Counted from the stretch's first letter, positions 23,068 through 37,407 are shown. The stretch: DNA of 64,000 nt from Octopus sinensis (GCF_006345805.1 NC_043006.1:1612001-1676000), one strand, 5' to 3'. The notes: a model not told the origin generated them from the letters alone. Program-made: numbers and translations.

Positions 23068-23338
23068 AATTAAATCAATTTAGGGTAGCAAAATTCAGTA
23101 AAATTTATCGCTACCAGCGGCCTGGTGGAAAAGAGAAAATAGTCACCGACTAAATATGCATAAATATAACAATTTAGGAATGGCCTAAACAGGCCATTCG
23201 TCCACCAGAAGAGCAGCCAGAACTCCAACCGCCAAGTAGTGTAATTCGGAAATAAGGTGAAAATTTAAAAACATTTACCCTAATTCATCTTTTATACGAT
23301 GCATCGTTTCAGTTTCTGTTTAGGCCATTCCTAAATTG

Positions 23339-23382
<44 letters not shown>

Positions 23383-23384
23383 TA

Positions 23385-23610
23385 CACGTAAAAGCACCAA
23401 CCGATCGTGGCCGTAAGCCAGCCTCGCCTGGCACCTGTGCAGGTGACATGTAAAAAGCACCCACTACACTCACGGAGTGGTTGGCGTTAGGAAGGGCATC
23501 CAGCTGTAGAAACACTGCCAGATCAGACTGGAGCCTGGTGCAGCCTCCTGGCTTCCCAGACCCGGGTCGAACCGTCCAACCCATGCTAGCATGGAAAACA
23601 GACGTTAAAC

Positions 23611-23680
<70 letters not shown>
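23385..23680 (+). mobile_element. RTE 3' tail with long (GAT)n
   Basis: gtaaaagcacc..ccatgctagcatgg..aaacgatgatgat. Confidence 0.85.
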
Positions 23681-23682
<2 letters not shown>

Positions 23683-23789
23683 ATATATCACAACTGTCCA
23701 ACGAAAGGTAACATGAAACTCTGAGTAATAGCTCTGTGATGTTTTTGCAGCTTTAATAGGTATATACATCTATCTATCTATCTATCTAT

Positions 23790-23829
<40 letters not shown>

Positions 23830-23859
<30 letters not shown>

Positions 23860-26554
23860 TTAACGTCCGCTTTCCATGCTAGCATAGGTTGGACGGTTCA
23901 ACTGGGGTCTGGGGAGCCCGAAAGCTGCACCAGTCCAGTCAGATCTGGCAGTGTTTCTCTACAGCTGGATGCCCTTCCTAACGCCAACCACTCCGAGAGT
24001 GTAGTGGGTGATTTTATGTGCCACCGACACAGGTGCCAGACGAGGCTGGCAAACGGCCACGCTCGGATGGTGTTTTTTTTATGTGCCACCGACACAGGTG
24101 CCAAACGAGGCTGGCAGACGGCCACGCTCGGATGGTTGTTTTTATTGCCACCGACACAGGTGCCAGATGAGGCTGGCAAAACGGCCACGATCGGATGGTG
24201 CTTGTTACGTGCCCACAGCACGGAGGCCAGTCGATGCGGTACTGGCTACGGCCACGTTCGGATGGTTTTCTTGTGTGCCACGTGCCACCCGGCACTGGTA
24301 CCACAAGGATACAAATTCCATTGATGTTCATCTATTTTGATTTGTTTTGATTGATTTTCACTTGCCTCAACAGGTCTTCACAAGTGTCACAAGAAGGAAG
24401 GTATGCACAGGTGGACTGACTACGTCCCAGGTAGGGGCCATGGTTTAGGGCCTGACTAGTCTTGCCGGGTCTTCGGATGGTGTTTTTATGTGCCACCGAC
24501 ACAGTGCTAGATGAGGCTGGCGAACGGCCACGATCGGATGGGGTTTGTCATGTGCCCACCGCACTGACTACAGCACTGATGGATTTCTTGTGTGCCACAG
24601 GCACTGGTACCACAAGATACATTCCATTGATGTTCATCTATTTGTCTATTTTGATTTGATTTGATTTGATTTGATTTTCACTTGCCTCAACCGGTCTTCA
24701 CAGGTGTCACAAGGGAAGGTATGCACAGGTGGCTGACTAGTCTTGCCGGGTCTTCGGAAGGTGTTTTTATGTGCCACCGACACAGGTGCCAGATGAGGCT
24801 GGCGAACGGCCATGATCGATGGTGTTTTGTTACGTGCCCACAGCACGGAGGCCGGTCGATGCGGAACTGGCTACGGCCACGTTCGGATGGTTCTCTTGTG
24901 TGCCACCAGCACTGGTACCACAAAGTGTGTGCCACCGGCACTGGTACCACAAAGATACAGATTCCATTGATGTTCATCTATTTTGATTTGTTTGATTTTG
25001 ATTTTGATTTTCACTTGCCTCAACAGGTCTTCACAAGTGTCACAAGAAGGAAGGTATGCACAGGTGGACTGACTACGTCCCAGGTAGGGGCCATGGTTAT
25101 GGCCTGACTAGTCTTGCCGGGTCTTCGGATGGTGTTTTTATGTGCCACCGACACAGGTGCTAGATGAGGCTGGCGAACGGCCACGATCGGATGGTGTTTG
25201 TCATGTGCCCCACAGCACGGAGGCCAGTCGATGCGGTACTGGCTACGGCCACTTTCGGATGGTTTTCTCTTGTGTGCCACCGCACTGGTACCACAAAGAT
25301 ACAAATTCCATTGATGTTCATCTATTTTGATTTGTTTGATTTTCACTTGCCTCAACAGGTCTTCACAAGTGTCGCAAGAAGGAAGGTATGTACAGGTGGA
25401 CTGACTACGTCCCAGTAGGGCCCACGGGTTATGACCTGACTAGTCTTGCCGGGTCTTCGGATGTGTTTTTATGTGCCACCATGTTCCCACATCACGGAGG
25501 CGAGTCGACGCGTACTGGCTACGGCCACGTTCGGATGGTTTTCTTGTGTGCCACAGGCACTGGTACCACAAAGATACAAATTCCATTGATGTTCATCTAT
25601 TTTGATTGATTTTCACTTGCCTCAGCAGGTCTTCACAAGTCAAAGAAGGAAGGTATGCACAGGTGGATCGACTACGTCCCAGGTAGGGGCCACGGATATG
25701 GCCTGACTAGTCCTGCCGGTCCGTCCTCTCAGCACAACCTTCCATAGGACTCGGTCTTCAGTCATTTCCTTGGTGAGACCTAAAGTTTGAAGGTCGTGCT
25801 TCACCACCTCGTCCCAGGTTTTCCTGGGTCTACCTCTTCCACAGGTTCCCTCAACTGCTAGGGTGTAGCACTTTTGCACACAACTATCTTCAGCCATTCT
25901 CGTCACATGACCATACCAGCGCAGCCGTCTCTCTTGCACACCACAACTGACACTTCTTAGGTTCAACTTTTCTCTCAAAGTACTTACACTCTGACGATTA
26001 TGAACACTGACATTACACATCCATCGGAGCATACTGGCTTCATTTCTTGCAAGCTTACGCATATCCTCAGCTGTCACGGCCCATGTTTCACTACCATGTA
26101 GCATGGCTGTACGTACACACGCATCATATAGTCTGCCTTTTACTCTTAGCGAGAGGCCTTTTGTCACCAGCAGGGGTAAGAGCTCTCTAAACTTTGCCCA
26201 GCTATTCTTACTCTAGCAGTTACACTTTCAGCACACCCACCCCCGCTACTGACTTGGTCTCCTAGTAGCGGAGCTATCAACTACTTCTAGTTTGTCTCCC
26301 TGGAACGTGGTAGAAGTTGGTCTCTGCACATTTCCAGTGTTTATTTCTCTTGAGCATCTGCCACAGACAAAAACTATTTTCTTAGTTAGCCTTCCTTTGA
26401 CATTGCTGCACCTCTTATGTGTCCATAGCTTACACTTGGTGCACCTTATAGAGTTTCTACCTACACCTTTTTTACAGATCGAGCAGGGCCATCTACCTGA
26501 AGTCGTTTGTGGTTGATCCACCTTCCTACTTATTAGGACTTTGGTTTTGGCTAG
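23830..26554 (-). mobile_element. RTE LINE 3' fragment with PHD finger, thumb and a tandemly amplified 3' region
   Basis: ORF pieces KTKVLISRK..WPCSICKKGVGRNSIRCTKCKLWTHKRC..FVCGRC and LYDACVRTAMLHGSETW..RGRPRKTW. Five landmarks of a roughly 270-335-bp unit lie between about 24.3 and 25.7 kb, and the element ends in (GAT)n. Confidence 0.92.
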
Positions 26555-26643
26555 ATATAAAACTAATGTAGGATAAAAATTTTTCGGGAAAAAAAATTTT
26601 ATCAATGGCCAGCATATCAAAAAATACCTTTAAAGGTTAAATT

Positions 26644-27207
26644 TATAAATAATTTACAAAATGAGGGCAGAAGAAAAGTTCTAATGCCAAATATGCTGAA
26701 AAAAAGACAAAAAATTGTCAATAACCATTATAATTTATGCGTCTCGAAACAAACTGATAGAAATTTCTAAGAAATCCGTTATTACCGTATTGGTCCCAAT
26801 ATCGGGGTTAATTCATAAGAATTTTCCCCTCTTCAGCGATAAATACGTGAGATATAAGTGAAATACTTACTCATACCCATCACACGTGTCTCGAGATGTG
26901 CCGAAGATTTTCTATTTTGGATATATTTGGGGTACTTATGTCTGCTCAGGACTTAGTGCTTGCTTTTTCCATGGGTATGAGTAAGTATTTCACTTATATC
27001 TCACGTATTTATCGCTGAAGAAGGGAAAATTCTTATGAATTAACCCCGAAATTGGGACCAATATTGTAATAACGGATTTCTTAGAAATTTCTATCTGTTT
27101 GTTTAGAAACACATAAATTATAATGGTTATTGACAATTTTTTGTCTTTTTTTCAGCATATTTGGCATTAGAATTTTTCTTCTGCCCTCATTTGGTAAATT
27201 ATTTATA
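26644..27207. mobile_element. Foldback/MITE with 237-bp inverted arms
   Basis: 26644-26880 and 26971-27207 are near-identical reverse complements around a 90-bp spacer. Confidence 0.85.
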
Positions 27208-27642
27208 TGGCACGTAAAATACACCAATCCGACCATACGACAGGCACCCATGCCAACCCCCTTTGCTTGCGAAGACATGTTGGGGCGAGCGAAATCGAAA
27301 TCGAATTGAACCAGCCAGGATCCCTGGTCTGGTGGTACGTAAAAAGCACTATCCGACTCGTGGCCGATGCCAGCACCGCCTCGACTGGCTTCCATGCCGG
27401 TGGCACATAAAATACACCAATCCGACCATGGCCGTTGCCAGCCTCGCCTGCACCTGTGCGGGTGGCACGTAAAAGCACCCACTACACTCACGGAGTGGTT
27501 GGCGTTAGGAAGGGCATCCAGCTGTAGAAACACTGCCAGATAAGACTGGAGCCTGGTGCAGCCTTCTGGCTTCCAGATCTCCGGTCGAACCCGTCCAACC
27601 CATGCTAGCATGGAGAACGGACGTTAAACGATGATGATGATG
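27208..27642 (+). mobile_element. RTE 3' UTR/tail
   Basis: ggcacgtaaaa..cacc repeats, ccatgctagcatgg and (GAT)n. Confidence 0.85.
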
Positions 27643-27644
27643 GT

Positions 27645-27655
27645 ATATATATATG

Positions 27656-27740
<85 letters not shown>

Positions 27741-27846
27741 TATGCGCATATGCATGCATACACACGATAGATAGATAGATAGATAAGAGATAGATAGATT
27801 GATTGATAGATAATAGATAGATCTATAGATAGATAGATAGATAGAT

Positions 27847-27905
<59 letters not shown>

Positions 27906-28220
27906 CGTAAATATGAGTATGTGCATGACCCTGTGAATATTTATATTTATATATATACATGCATATATATTTGTGTGTGTGCGTGCGTGTGTGTGTGTGT
28001 GTTTGTGTGTGTGTGTCTGTGTGTCTGTGTCTGTGCATGTATGTGTATATACGTATGAGATGGATGGGGTCTCCAGATGCTCTCACCCTAGATACGCTGC
28101 ACCCCAACAACCCCCAAGGGGTTAAGGGACTTGTCAATTGTTAATATGTATGTATGTATGAATGCATGTATGTATGTATGTATGTATGTATGCATGTATG
28201 CATGTATGTGTGTATGTATG

Positions 28221-28254
<34 letters not shown>

Positions 28255-28725
28255 TGTATGTATGTATTTATGTATGTATGTATGAATGCATGTATGTATG
28301 TATGTATGTATGAACGTATGTATGTATGTATGTATGTATGCATGTGTGTATGTATGTATGTATGTATGTATGTATGTATGTTATGTATGTATGTATGTAT
28401 TTATGTATGTATGTATGAATGCATGTATGTATGTATGTATGTATGAACGTATGTATGTATGTATGTATGTATGTATGTATGAATGCATGTATGTATGTAT
28501 GTATGTATGTATGTATGCATGTGTGTATGTATGTATGTATGTATGTATGTATGCATGTATGTATGTATGTATGTATGTATGTATGTATTTATGTATGTAG
28601 GCATGCATGCATGTATGTATGTATTTATGTATGTATGTTTGTATGTATGTATGTATGTGTGTATGTATGTATGTATGTATGTATGTATGTATGTATGTAT
28701 GTATGTATGTATGTATGTATGTATG

Positions 28726-28759
<34 letters not shown>

Positions 28760-29203
28760 TGTATGTATGTGTGTATGTATGTATGTATGCATGTATGTAT
28801 TGATTTATTATACATGAATGCATATATGTATATGTGTATGGCCAATGTTACACATCAGCTTGATTCTGTAGTATAATCTGCACCACTACACGTCAGGGTA
28901 AGATGAGACTTGAAATTGATACTTCCCTTCCGCCTTCCTTTCTGCCTTCCTTTTGCACCATCTTCCTGCAATCATTCCATTGTTCTGGACACAGACAAAA
29001 GAAACAGAGTTTCTATTAAATATCACAGGCATAAATAAACAAAAACTTTGTAGCTTCTTTTTTCTCTCTATCTCATTTGTCTCTCTCCCTCTCTCTCACC
29101 CTCACTCTGTATGTGTGTATGCATGTATGTATGCATGTATGTATGTATGTATGTATGCATGCATGTATGTATGTATGTATGTATGAATGTATGTATGTAT
29201 ATC

Positions 29204-29234
<31 letters not shown>

Positions 29235-30015
29235 TGCATGTATGTATGTATGCATGTATGTATGTATGTATGTATGTATGTATCATATGTATGTATGTAT
29301 GTATATATGTATGTATGTATGTGTGTGTGTATGTATGTATGTATGTATGTATGTATGTATGTATGTATGTATGTATGTATGTGTGTGTGTATGTATGCAT
29401 GTATCATATGTATGTATGTATGTATGTACGCATGTATGTATGTATGAATGTATGTATGTATGTATGCATGTATCATATGTATGTATGTATGTATGTATGC
29501 ATGTATGTATGTATGTATGTATGTATGTATGTATGTATGTATGTATGTATCATATGTATGTATGTATGTATGTATCATATGTATGTATGTATGTATGTAT
29601 CATATGTATGTATGTATGTATGTATGTATGTGTGTGTATGTATGTATGTATCATATGTATGTATGTATGAATGCATGTATGTATGTATGTATGCATGTAT
29701 GTATGTACGTATGTATGTATGTATGAATGTGTGTATGTATGTATGTATGAATGCATGTATGTATGTATGCATGCATGCATGCATGCATGTATGTATGTAT
29801 GTATGTATGTATGTGTGCGTGTGTGTATGTATGTATGTATCTATGTATCCGTCTATCCATCTATCTATCTATCTGTCTGTCTATTTATTTGTCTGTATAC
29901 TATTTGTTGTCTGCCTATGTATCTATCTGGCTGTCTGCTTGCCTGCCTGTCTGCCTGTTTGTCTGTCTTTCTGTCTCTCTCTTCTCTCTGTCTCTCTCTC
30001 TTTGTCTCACACACA
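27645..30015. repeat. Compound microsatellite field: (TA)n, (GATA)n, (TG)n and two long (TATG)n arrays
   Basis: (TATG)n at about 28146-28800 and 29108-29850, separated by short unique spacers. Confidence 0.95.
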
Positions 30016-30335
30016 CACACATACACCCTATCAAGGTGCTTGGTCTAGTGGTTAAGGTGTTACACTCATGACCACAAGATCGTCGTTTCAATTCCCAAAC
30101 AGGGGCATTGTGTTCTTATGCAAAACACTTCATTTCACATCAACCCAGTCCATTCAGCAACAAAAGGGTAACCCAGAAATGGACTGGCATTCCTTTCATG
30201 GGAAGTATTGGCTTGTTTGCGTAGCCAGCAGGATAGCATCAATCAAAAGCTACAACAACGCAAGGAAACACATTGTGATCAGTGAAGTACGACATCTGGT
30301 AGTCTGCTCAATACAGTGATATTATATTATATTAT

Positions 30336-30727
30336 ACTAGCAGTATAGTCCGGCGTTGCTCGGGTTTGTTTCGACCCTTTAGAATTGGAATTTTTGAAAA
30401 GTAAAAATTTTGCATTATGTAGCTTGTTATTCTCTTTAAGTGGACATTTTTCTGGTTGAAATACATCGAAAAATGGCGACACAACAGTCAAAAAATTGTA
30501 AAAAATAGGGATTTTCATACAAAAAAAATGCACCTTTTTGATGTAAATAATTTTTGGTGTTAACATGGTCCGATTTGAATTTTATCTTCTACAGAATGAA
30601 GAGCAAGCCTTCTTCTATCATTCTCTCAATTTTGGTCAACTTGTGCCGCAGGGTCTCGGAGGAGATAGTTTTAGTTGAAGGCTACCAAACCTGCCATACA
30701 CAGACAACTTCAGCTTTATATAGAGAG
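30336..30727 (+). mobile_element. Helentron/Helitron-type non-autonomous element (HINE-like)
   Basis: ACTAGCAGTATAGTCCGGCGTTGCTCGGG .. CTTTATATAGAG. Termini are shared with 14521-14915 but the interior differs. Confidence 0.65.
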
Positions 30728-30974
30728 AGGTTATATTATATTATATTTTGATGCAAAGTCTTATTGAAATAGCTTATGGTGCACTTTGGAAACAATATTT
30801 TGTCATTAAAACACATTCACTGTTTGTACCTAGACTCCAGTTTCATTGTCAATTCATGTTAAAAGCCCTCAGTACTTCATAATTAATTTATTAACTAATT
30901 AATTGGTTTGTGAAAGTTCTCTTGTCACAACAATGGACTTCATGTGCAAAACACATTTCGCTCTGTCATTATTG

Positions 30975-31372
30975 CTTCCCAGTCACATGGTCCAGTGTCC
31001 AGTCTTACTGTGTGGCACTTTGGACAAGTGTCATCTTCTATAACCCTGTCCCAACCAAAGTTTGTGCATGGATTTGGTAGATGGAAAATGAAAGAAGCCT
31101 GTCGTATATATTTATATATATATATATTTATGTTTGTGTATATGCTTTTATGTCTGTGTTTGCCCCACCCACCCATCCACCCCAACATCACTTAACCAAT
31201 GCTGGTATGCTTACAACTCCACAACTTAGCAGTTCAGCAAAAAGAGATCGATAGAATAAGTACTAAGCTTACAAAGAGTAAGTCCTGGGGGCGATTTACT
31301 CAACTAAAAGGCAGTGCTCCAGCATGGCCACAGTCAAACGACTGAAACAAGTAAAAGAATAAAAGAATACAA
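30975..31372 (+). mobile_element. SINE family AB, diverged
   Basis: cttcccagtcacatggtcc..tggatttggtagatggaaa..gactgaaacaagtaaaagaataaaagaat. Confidence 0.75.
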
Positions 31373-31665
31373 GAATATATATATATATATAAAGAGAGAG
31401 AGAGAGAGAGATGTGAGAGGTGCTCACTGACATTGCTCATCCAGCAAAGCATACTGGCTTCATTTCTTTCATTCCATTCAGCTAAAATCCCTTCAAGTGG
31501 TGCCCCAGCATGGCCGTGGTCTAATGACTGAAACAAGTAAGAGATGGAAGATAAAGCAAGTTTTTCCTTCCATTTTTCTTTTTTTTTTCTTTCTTAAGTC
31601 CTTCCCATCTCTTAGAATTCCATTTGTGCCTGAGATGCTTCATAGGAATTTTCCTGAACTTGAGA

Positions 31666-31725
31666 CCATTCTGTTAACCATTCTGTTAACCATTCTGTTA
31701 ACCATTGTTAACCATTCTGTTAACC
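31666..31725. repeat. 12-bp minisatellite (CCATTCTGTTAA) x5
   Basis: Four perfect units and one 10-bp unit. Confidence 0.9.
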
Positions 31726-31828
31726 TCTAAATTGATGAAAGACAAAGATGATTTGGTGGGATTTGAACATGAAACACGAAGGAACATAAAGAGTACTATA
31801 GAAGAAAAAAAAAGCTAAACTGCCATCG

Positions 31829-32027
31829 ACTCTTTTATCTTTTACTTGTTCCAGTCATTAGACTGTGACCATGCTGGGGCACCACCTCAAAGAATCTTTG
31901 GTTGAATGAATCGACCCTAGTGCCTTTTTTTAAAGCCTGGTACTTATTCTATCGGTCTCTTTGATTGAACTGTTAAGTTACAGGGATGTAAACACACCAG
32001 CACCAGTTGTCAGGCAGTTGTGAGGGA

Positions 32028-32083
<56 letters not shown>

Positions 32084-32222
32084 TATGGGCTTCTTTCAGT
32101 TTCTGTTTACCAAATCTACTCATAAGGCTTTGGTAAGCCTAAGGCTATAGTAGAAGACACTCACTCAAGTTATCGCAGAGTGGGACTGAAGCCAGAATGA
32201 TGTGGTTGGGAAGCAAGCTTCT
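31829..32222 (-). mobile_element. SINE family AB
   Basis: Tail at 31829, (CA)n centre and head truncated at about 32222. Confidence 0.8.
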
Positions 32223-32252
32223 TTATTTCATCAAATTTGCCATAAAGGCATT

Positions 32253-32433
32253 ACATGGCGATGATGCTCCCCCCACTACTTCTGCTTGTGATCAGAGATG
32301 CACACATCGTCAGCCACCAAGGGACATGCTCAACTGGTCTACCCTTATCAGACGAGTAGTCATGATGGCTATATTGGGTTTTGTATATTTGTATCCTAGT
32401 GTCACTTTGATGGCATGAACTGCTCTCTCACTC
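32253..32433 (+). mobile_element. 5'-inverted, truncated copy of the 555-bp (TAA)n-tailed element
   Basis: 32253-32338 matches 39790-39875 in the same orientation, while 32339-32433 matches the reverse complement of about 39476-39570. It ends ctctctcactc-(AAT)n. Confidence 0.8.
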
Positions 32434-32452
32434 AATAATAATAATAATAATG

Positions 32453-32513
<61 letters not shown>

Positions 32514-32559
32514 CAATAATAATAATAATAATAATAATAATTAATAACAACAATAATAA

Positions 32560-32593
<34 letters not shown>

Positions 32594-32728
32594 TATAATA
32601 ATAATAATAATAACAACAATATAATAATAATAATAATAATAATAACAACAACAATAATAATAATAATAATAATAATAATACAACAATAATAATAATAATA
32701 ATAATAATAATAAGAATAATAAAAAATA

Positions 32729-32761
<33 letters not shown>

Positions 32762-32863
32762 AACACACAACAACAATAATAATAATAATAATAACAACAA
32801 TAATAATAATAATAATAATAATATAATAATAATAATATATAATAATAATAATATAACAACAAC

Positions 32864-32895
<32 letters not shown>

Positions 32896-32896
32896 C

Positions 32897-32969
<73 letters not shown>

Positions 32970-33141
32970 TAATAATAATAATAATAATAATAACAACAAC
33001 ATAATAATAATAATAATAATAACAACAATAATATAAATAATAATAATAATATAATAATAATAATTAATAATAAAAAATAATAATAACAACAACAACAACA
33101 ACAACAACAATAATAATAACAACAACAACAACAACAACAAC

Positions 33142-33186
<45 letters not shown>

Positions 33187-33327
33187 TAACAACAATAATA
33201 ATATAATAATAATAATAATAATAATAACAACAATAATAATAAAATAATAATATAATAATAATATAAATAATAATAATAATAAAATAATACACACAACAAT
33301 AATAATAATAATAATAATAATAACAAC

Positions 33328-33367
<40 letters not shown>

Positions 33368-33489
33368 TAATAATAATAATAATAAGTAATAATAATACAA
33401 CACAATAATAATAATAATAATAATAATAAAACAACAACAATAATAATAATAATAATAATAATAACAACAATAATAATAATAAAATAATA

Positions 33490-33525
<36 letters not shown>

Positions 33526-33587
33526 ATAATAATAATAAAATAACAACAACAACAATAATAATAATAATAACAACAATAATAATAATA

Positions 33588-33641
<54 letters not shown>

Positions 33642-33675
33642 CAACAACAATAATAATAATAATAATAATAACAAC

Positions 33676-33740
<65 letters not shown>

Positions 33741-33874
33741 CAATACAATAATAATAATAATAATAATAACAACAATAATAATAATATAATAATAATAATA
33801 ATAATATATAATAATAATAATAATAATAATAACAACAATAATAATAATAATAATATAATAATAATAACAACAAC

Positions 33875-33936
<62 letters not shown>

Positions 33937-33988
33937 CAATAATAATAATAATAATAATAAAATAATAATAATAATAATAATAACAAAC

Positions 33989-34023
<35 letters not shown>

Positions 34024-34024
34024 C

Positions 34025-34055
<31 letters not shown>

Positions 34056-34163
34056 TAATAACAATAATAATAATAATAATAATATAATAATAATATAATA
34101 ATAATAATAATAATAACAACAACAATAATAATAATAAAATAATAATAATAACAACAATAATAA

Positions 34164-34201
<38 letters not shown>

Positions 34202-34229
34202 TACTAATAATAATAATAATAATAACAAC

Positions 34230-34261
<32 letters not shown>

Positions 34262-34463
34262 TAATAATAATAATAATAAATAATAATAATAATACATAAT
34301 AATAATAATAATAATAATAAAACAAAGAATAATAATAATAATAATAATATAATAAAACACAATAATAATATAATAATATAATAATAATAATAATTAATAA
34401 TATAATAATAATAATAATCTATAACAATAATAATAATAATAATAATAATATAAACATAACAAC

Positions 34464-34513
<50 letters not shown>

Positions 34514-34539
34514 CAATATATAATAATAATGATAATAAC

Positions 34540-34576
<37 letters not shown>

Positions 34577-34635
34577 TAATAATAACAACAATAATAATAA
34601 TAATAATAATATAATAATAACAACAATAATAACAA

Positions 34636-34673
<38 letters not shown>

Positions 34674-34708
34674 CAATAATAATAATAATAATAATAATAT
34701 AATAAAAC

Positions 34709-34760
<52 letters not shown>

Positions 34761-34769
34761 TAACAATAC

Positions 34770-34805
<36 letters not shown>

Positions 34806-34854
34806 CAATAATAATAATCTAATAATAATAATAATAACAAAATAATAGAATAAT

Positions 34855-34907
<53 letters not shown>

Positions 34908-35109
34908 TAATAATAATAACAACAATAATAATAAAATAATAATATAATAATAAATAATAATAAAAAATAATAATAATAACAACCAATAATAATAATAATA
35001 ATAATAATAACAATAATAATATAATAATAATAATAATAATAAAATAATAATATAATAATAATAATAATAACAACAATAATAATAATAATATAATAATAAT
35101 AATAACAAC

Positions 35110-35140
<31 letters not shown>

Positions 35141-35164
35141 TAATAATAATAATAATAAAACAAC

Positions 35165-35222
<58 letters not shown>

Positions 35223-35223
35223 C

Positions 35224-35267
<44 letters not shown>

Positions 35268-35268
35268 C

Positions 35269-35303
<35 letters not shown>

Positions 35304-35331
35304 CAATAATAATAATAATAATAATAATAAC

Positions 35332-35365
<34 letters not shown>

Positions 35366-35402
35366 TAATAATAATAATAACAACCATAATATAATAATAA
35401 TA

Positions 35403-35438
<36 letters not shown>

Positions 35439-35475
35439 CAATAATAATAATAATAATAATAATAACAATAATAAC

Positions 35476-35519
<44 letters not shown>

Positions 35520-35552
35520 AACATAATATAATAATAATAATAATAATCACAC

Positions 35553-35611
<59 letters not shown>

Positions 35612-35672
35612 CATAATAATAATACTAATAATAATATAATAACACCAATAATAATAATAATAATAATAATAA

Positions 35673-35709
<37 letters not shown>

Positions 35710-35786
35710 TCCAATATATAATTAATAATAATAATAATAATAATAAACAACACAAATATAATAATACTAATAATAATAATAATAAC

Positions 35787-35817
<31 letters not shown>

Positions 35818-35824
35818 TAATAAC

Positions 35825-35919
<95 letters not shown>

Positions 35920-35958
35920 CAATAATAATAATAATAATAATACTAATAATAAACACAC

Positions 35959-36009
<51 letters not shown>

Positions 36010-36051
36010 AATAATAACAATAATATAATACTAATAATAATAATAATAAAC

Positions 36052-36090
<39 letters not shown>

Positions 36091-36097
36091 CATAACA

Positions 36098-36133
<36 letters not shown>

Positions 36134-36180
36134 TAATATAATAATAATAATACTAATAATATAATAATAATAATAATAAC

Positions 36181-36229
<49 letters not shown>

Positions 36230-36231
36230 CC

Positions 36232-36263
<32 letters not shown>

Positions 36264-36360
36264 CAATAATAATAATATAATAATAAATAATAATAATAAT
36301 AATCATAATAATAATAATAATAAACAATATAATAATAATCATAATAATAATAATAACAAC

Positions 36361-36398
<38 letters not shown>

Positions 36399-36412
36399 AT
36401 AATAATAATAAC

Positions 36413-36450
<38 letters not shown>

Positions 36451-36556
36451 CAATAATAATAATAATAATATAATAATACTAATAAACAACAATAATAATA
36501 ATAATAATAATAATCATAATAATAATAATAATATAATAATAATAACAACAATAATA

Positions 36557-36602
<46 letters not shown>

Positions 36603-36618
36603 CACAACAATAATAATA

Positions 36619-36658
<40 letters not shown>

Positions 36659-36843
36659 CATAATAATAATAACAGCAATAATAATAATAATAATAATAAC
36701 TAATAATAATCATAATATAATAACAACCCTAATAATAATAATACTATAATCAATAATAATAATAATATAATAATAATAATAACAACAATAATAATTAATA
36801 ATAATAATAATAACAACACTAATAATAATCTAATAATAATAAT

Positions 36844-36874
<31 letters not shown>

Positions 36875-36875
36875 C

Positions 36876-36907
<32 letters not shown>

Positions 36908-36998
36908 CTCAATAATATAATAATAATCTAATAATAATAATAATAATAAATAATAATAATAACACACTAATAATAATAATAATAATAATAATAACACC

Positions 36999-37029
<31 letters not shown>

Positions 37030-37059
37030 TAATAATAATAATAATAATAATATAATAAC

Positions 37060-37092
<33 letters not shown>

Positions 37093-37104
37093 TAATATCA
37101 CAAC

Positions 37105-37144
<40 letters not shown>

Positions 37145-37265
37145 TAATAATAATAACAACAATAATAATAATAATAATAATATAATAATAATAATAATAA
37201 TAACAACAATAATAATAATAATAATAAATAATAATAATAATAATAATAATCTAACAACAATAATA

Positions 37266-37301
<36 letters not shown>

Positions 37302-37335
37302 CACCACAATAATAATAATAATAATAATAATAATC

Positions 37336-37368
<33 letters not shown>

Positions 37369-37369
37369 C

Positions 37370-37407
<38 letters not shown>

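Noticed and set aside
24340-24385. CTGTTGAGGCAAGTGAAA (minus) in the RTE 3' repeat, and CTGATGAGTCAAGTGAAG at about 49520-49540
   Set aside because: Hammerhead-like core words, but stem II is at most 2 bp and there is no stem III, cleavage triplet or stem I pairing.
23990-25700. Repeat-spacer-like appearance of the roughly 300-bp and 60-bp units
   Set aside because: Not CRISPR: these are long units without unique spacers, in a eukaryotic LINE 3' UTR.
28923-28984. Minus-strand candidate exon EQWNDCRKMVQKEGRKEGGRE
   Set aside because: It has a strong acceptor and a WND-C-like word, but the donor is weak, the phase does not fit the 18550 exon, and the sequence is purine-repeat-like.
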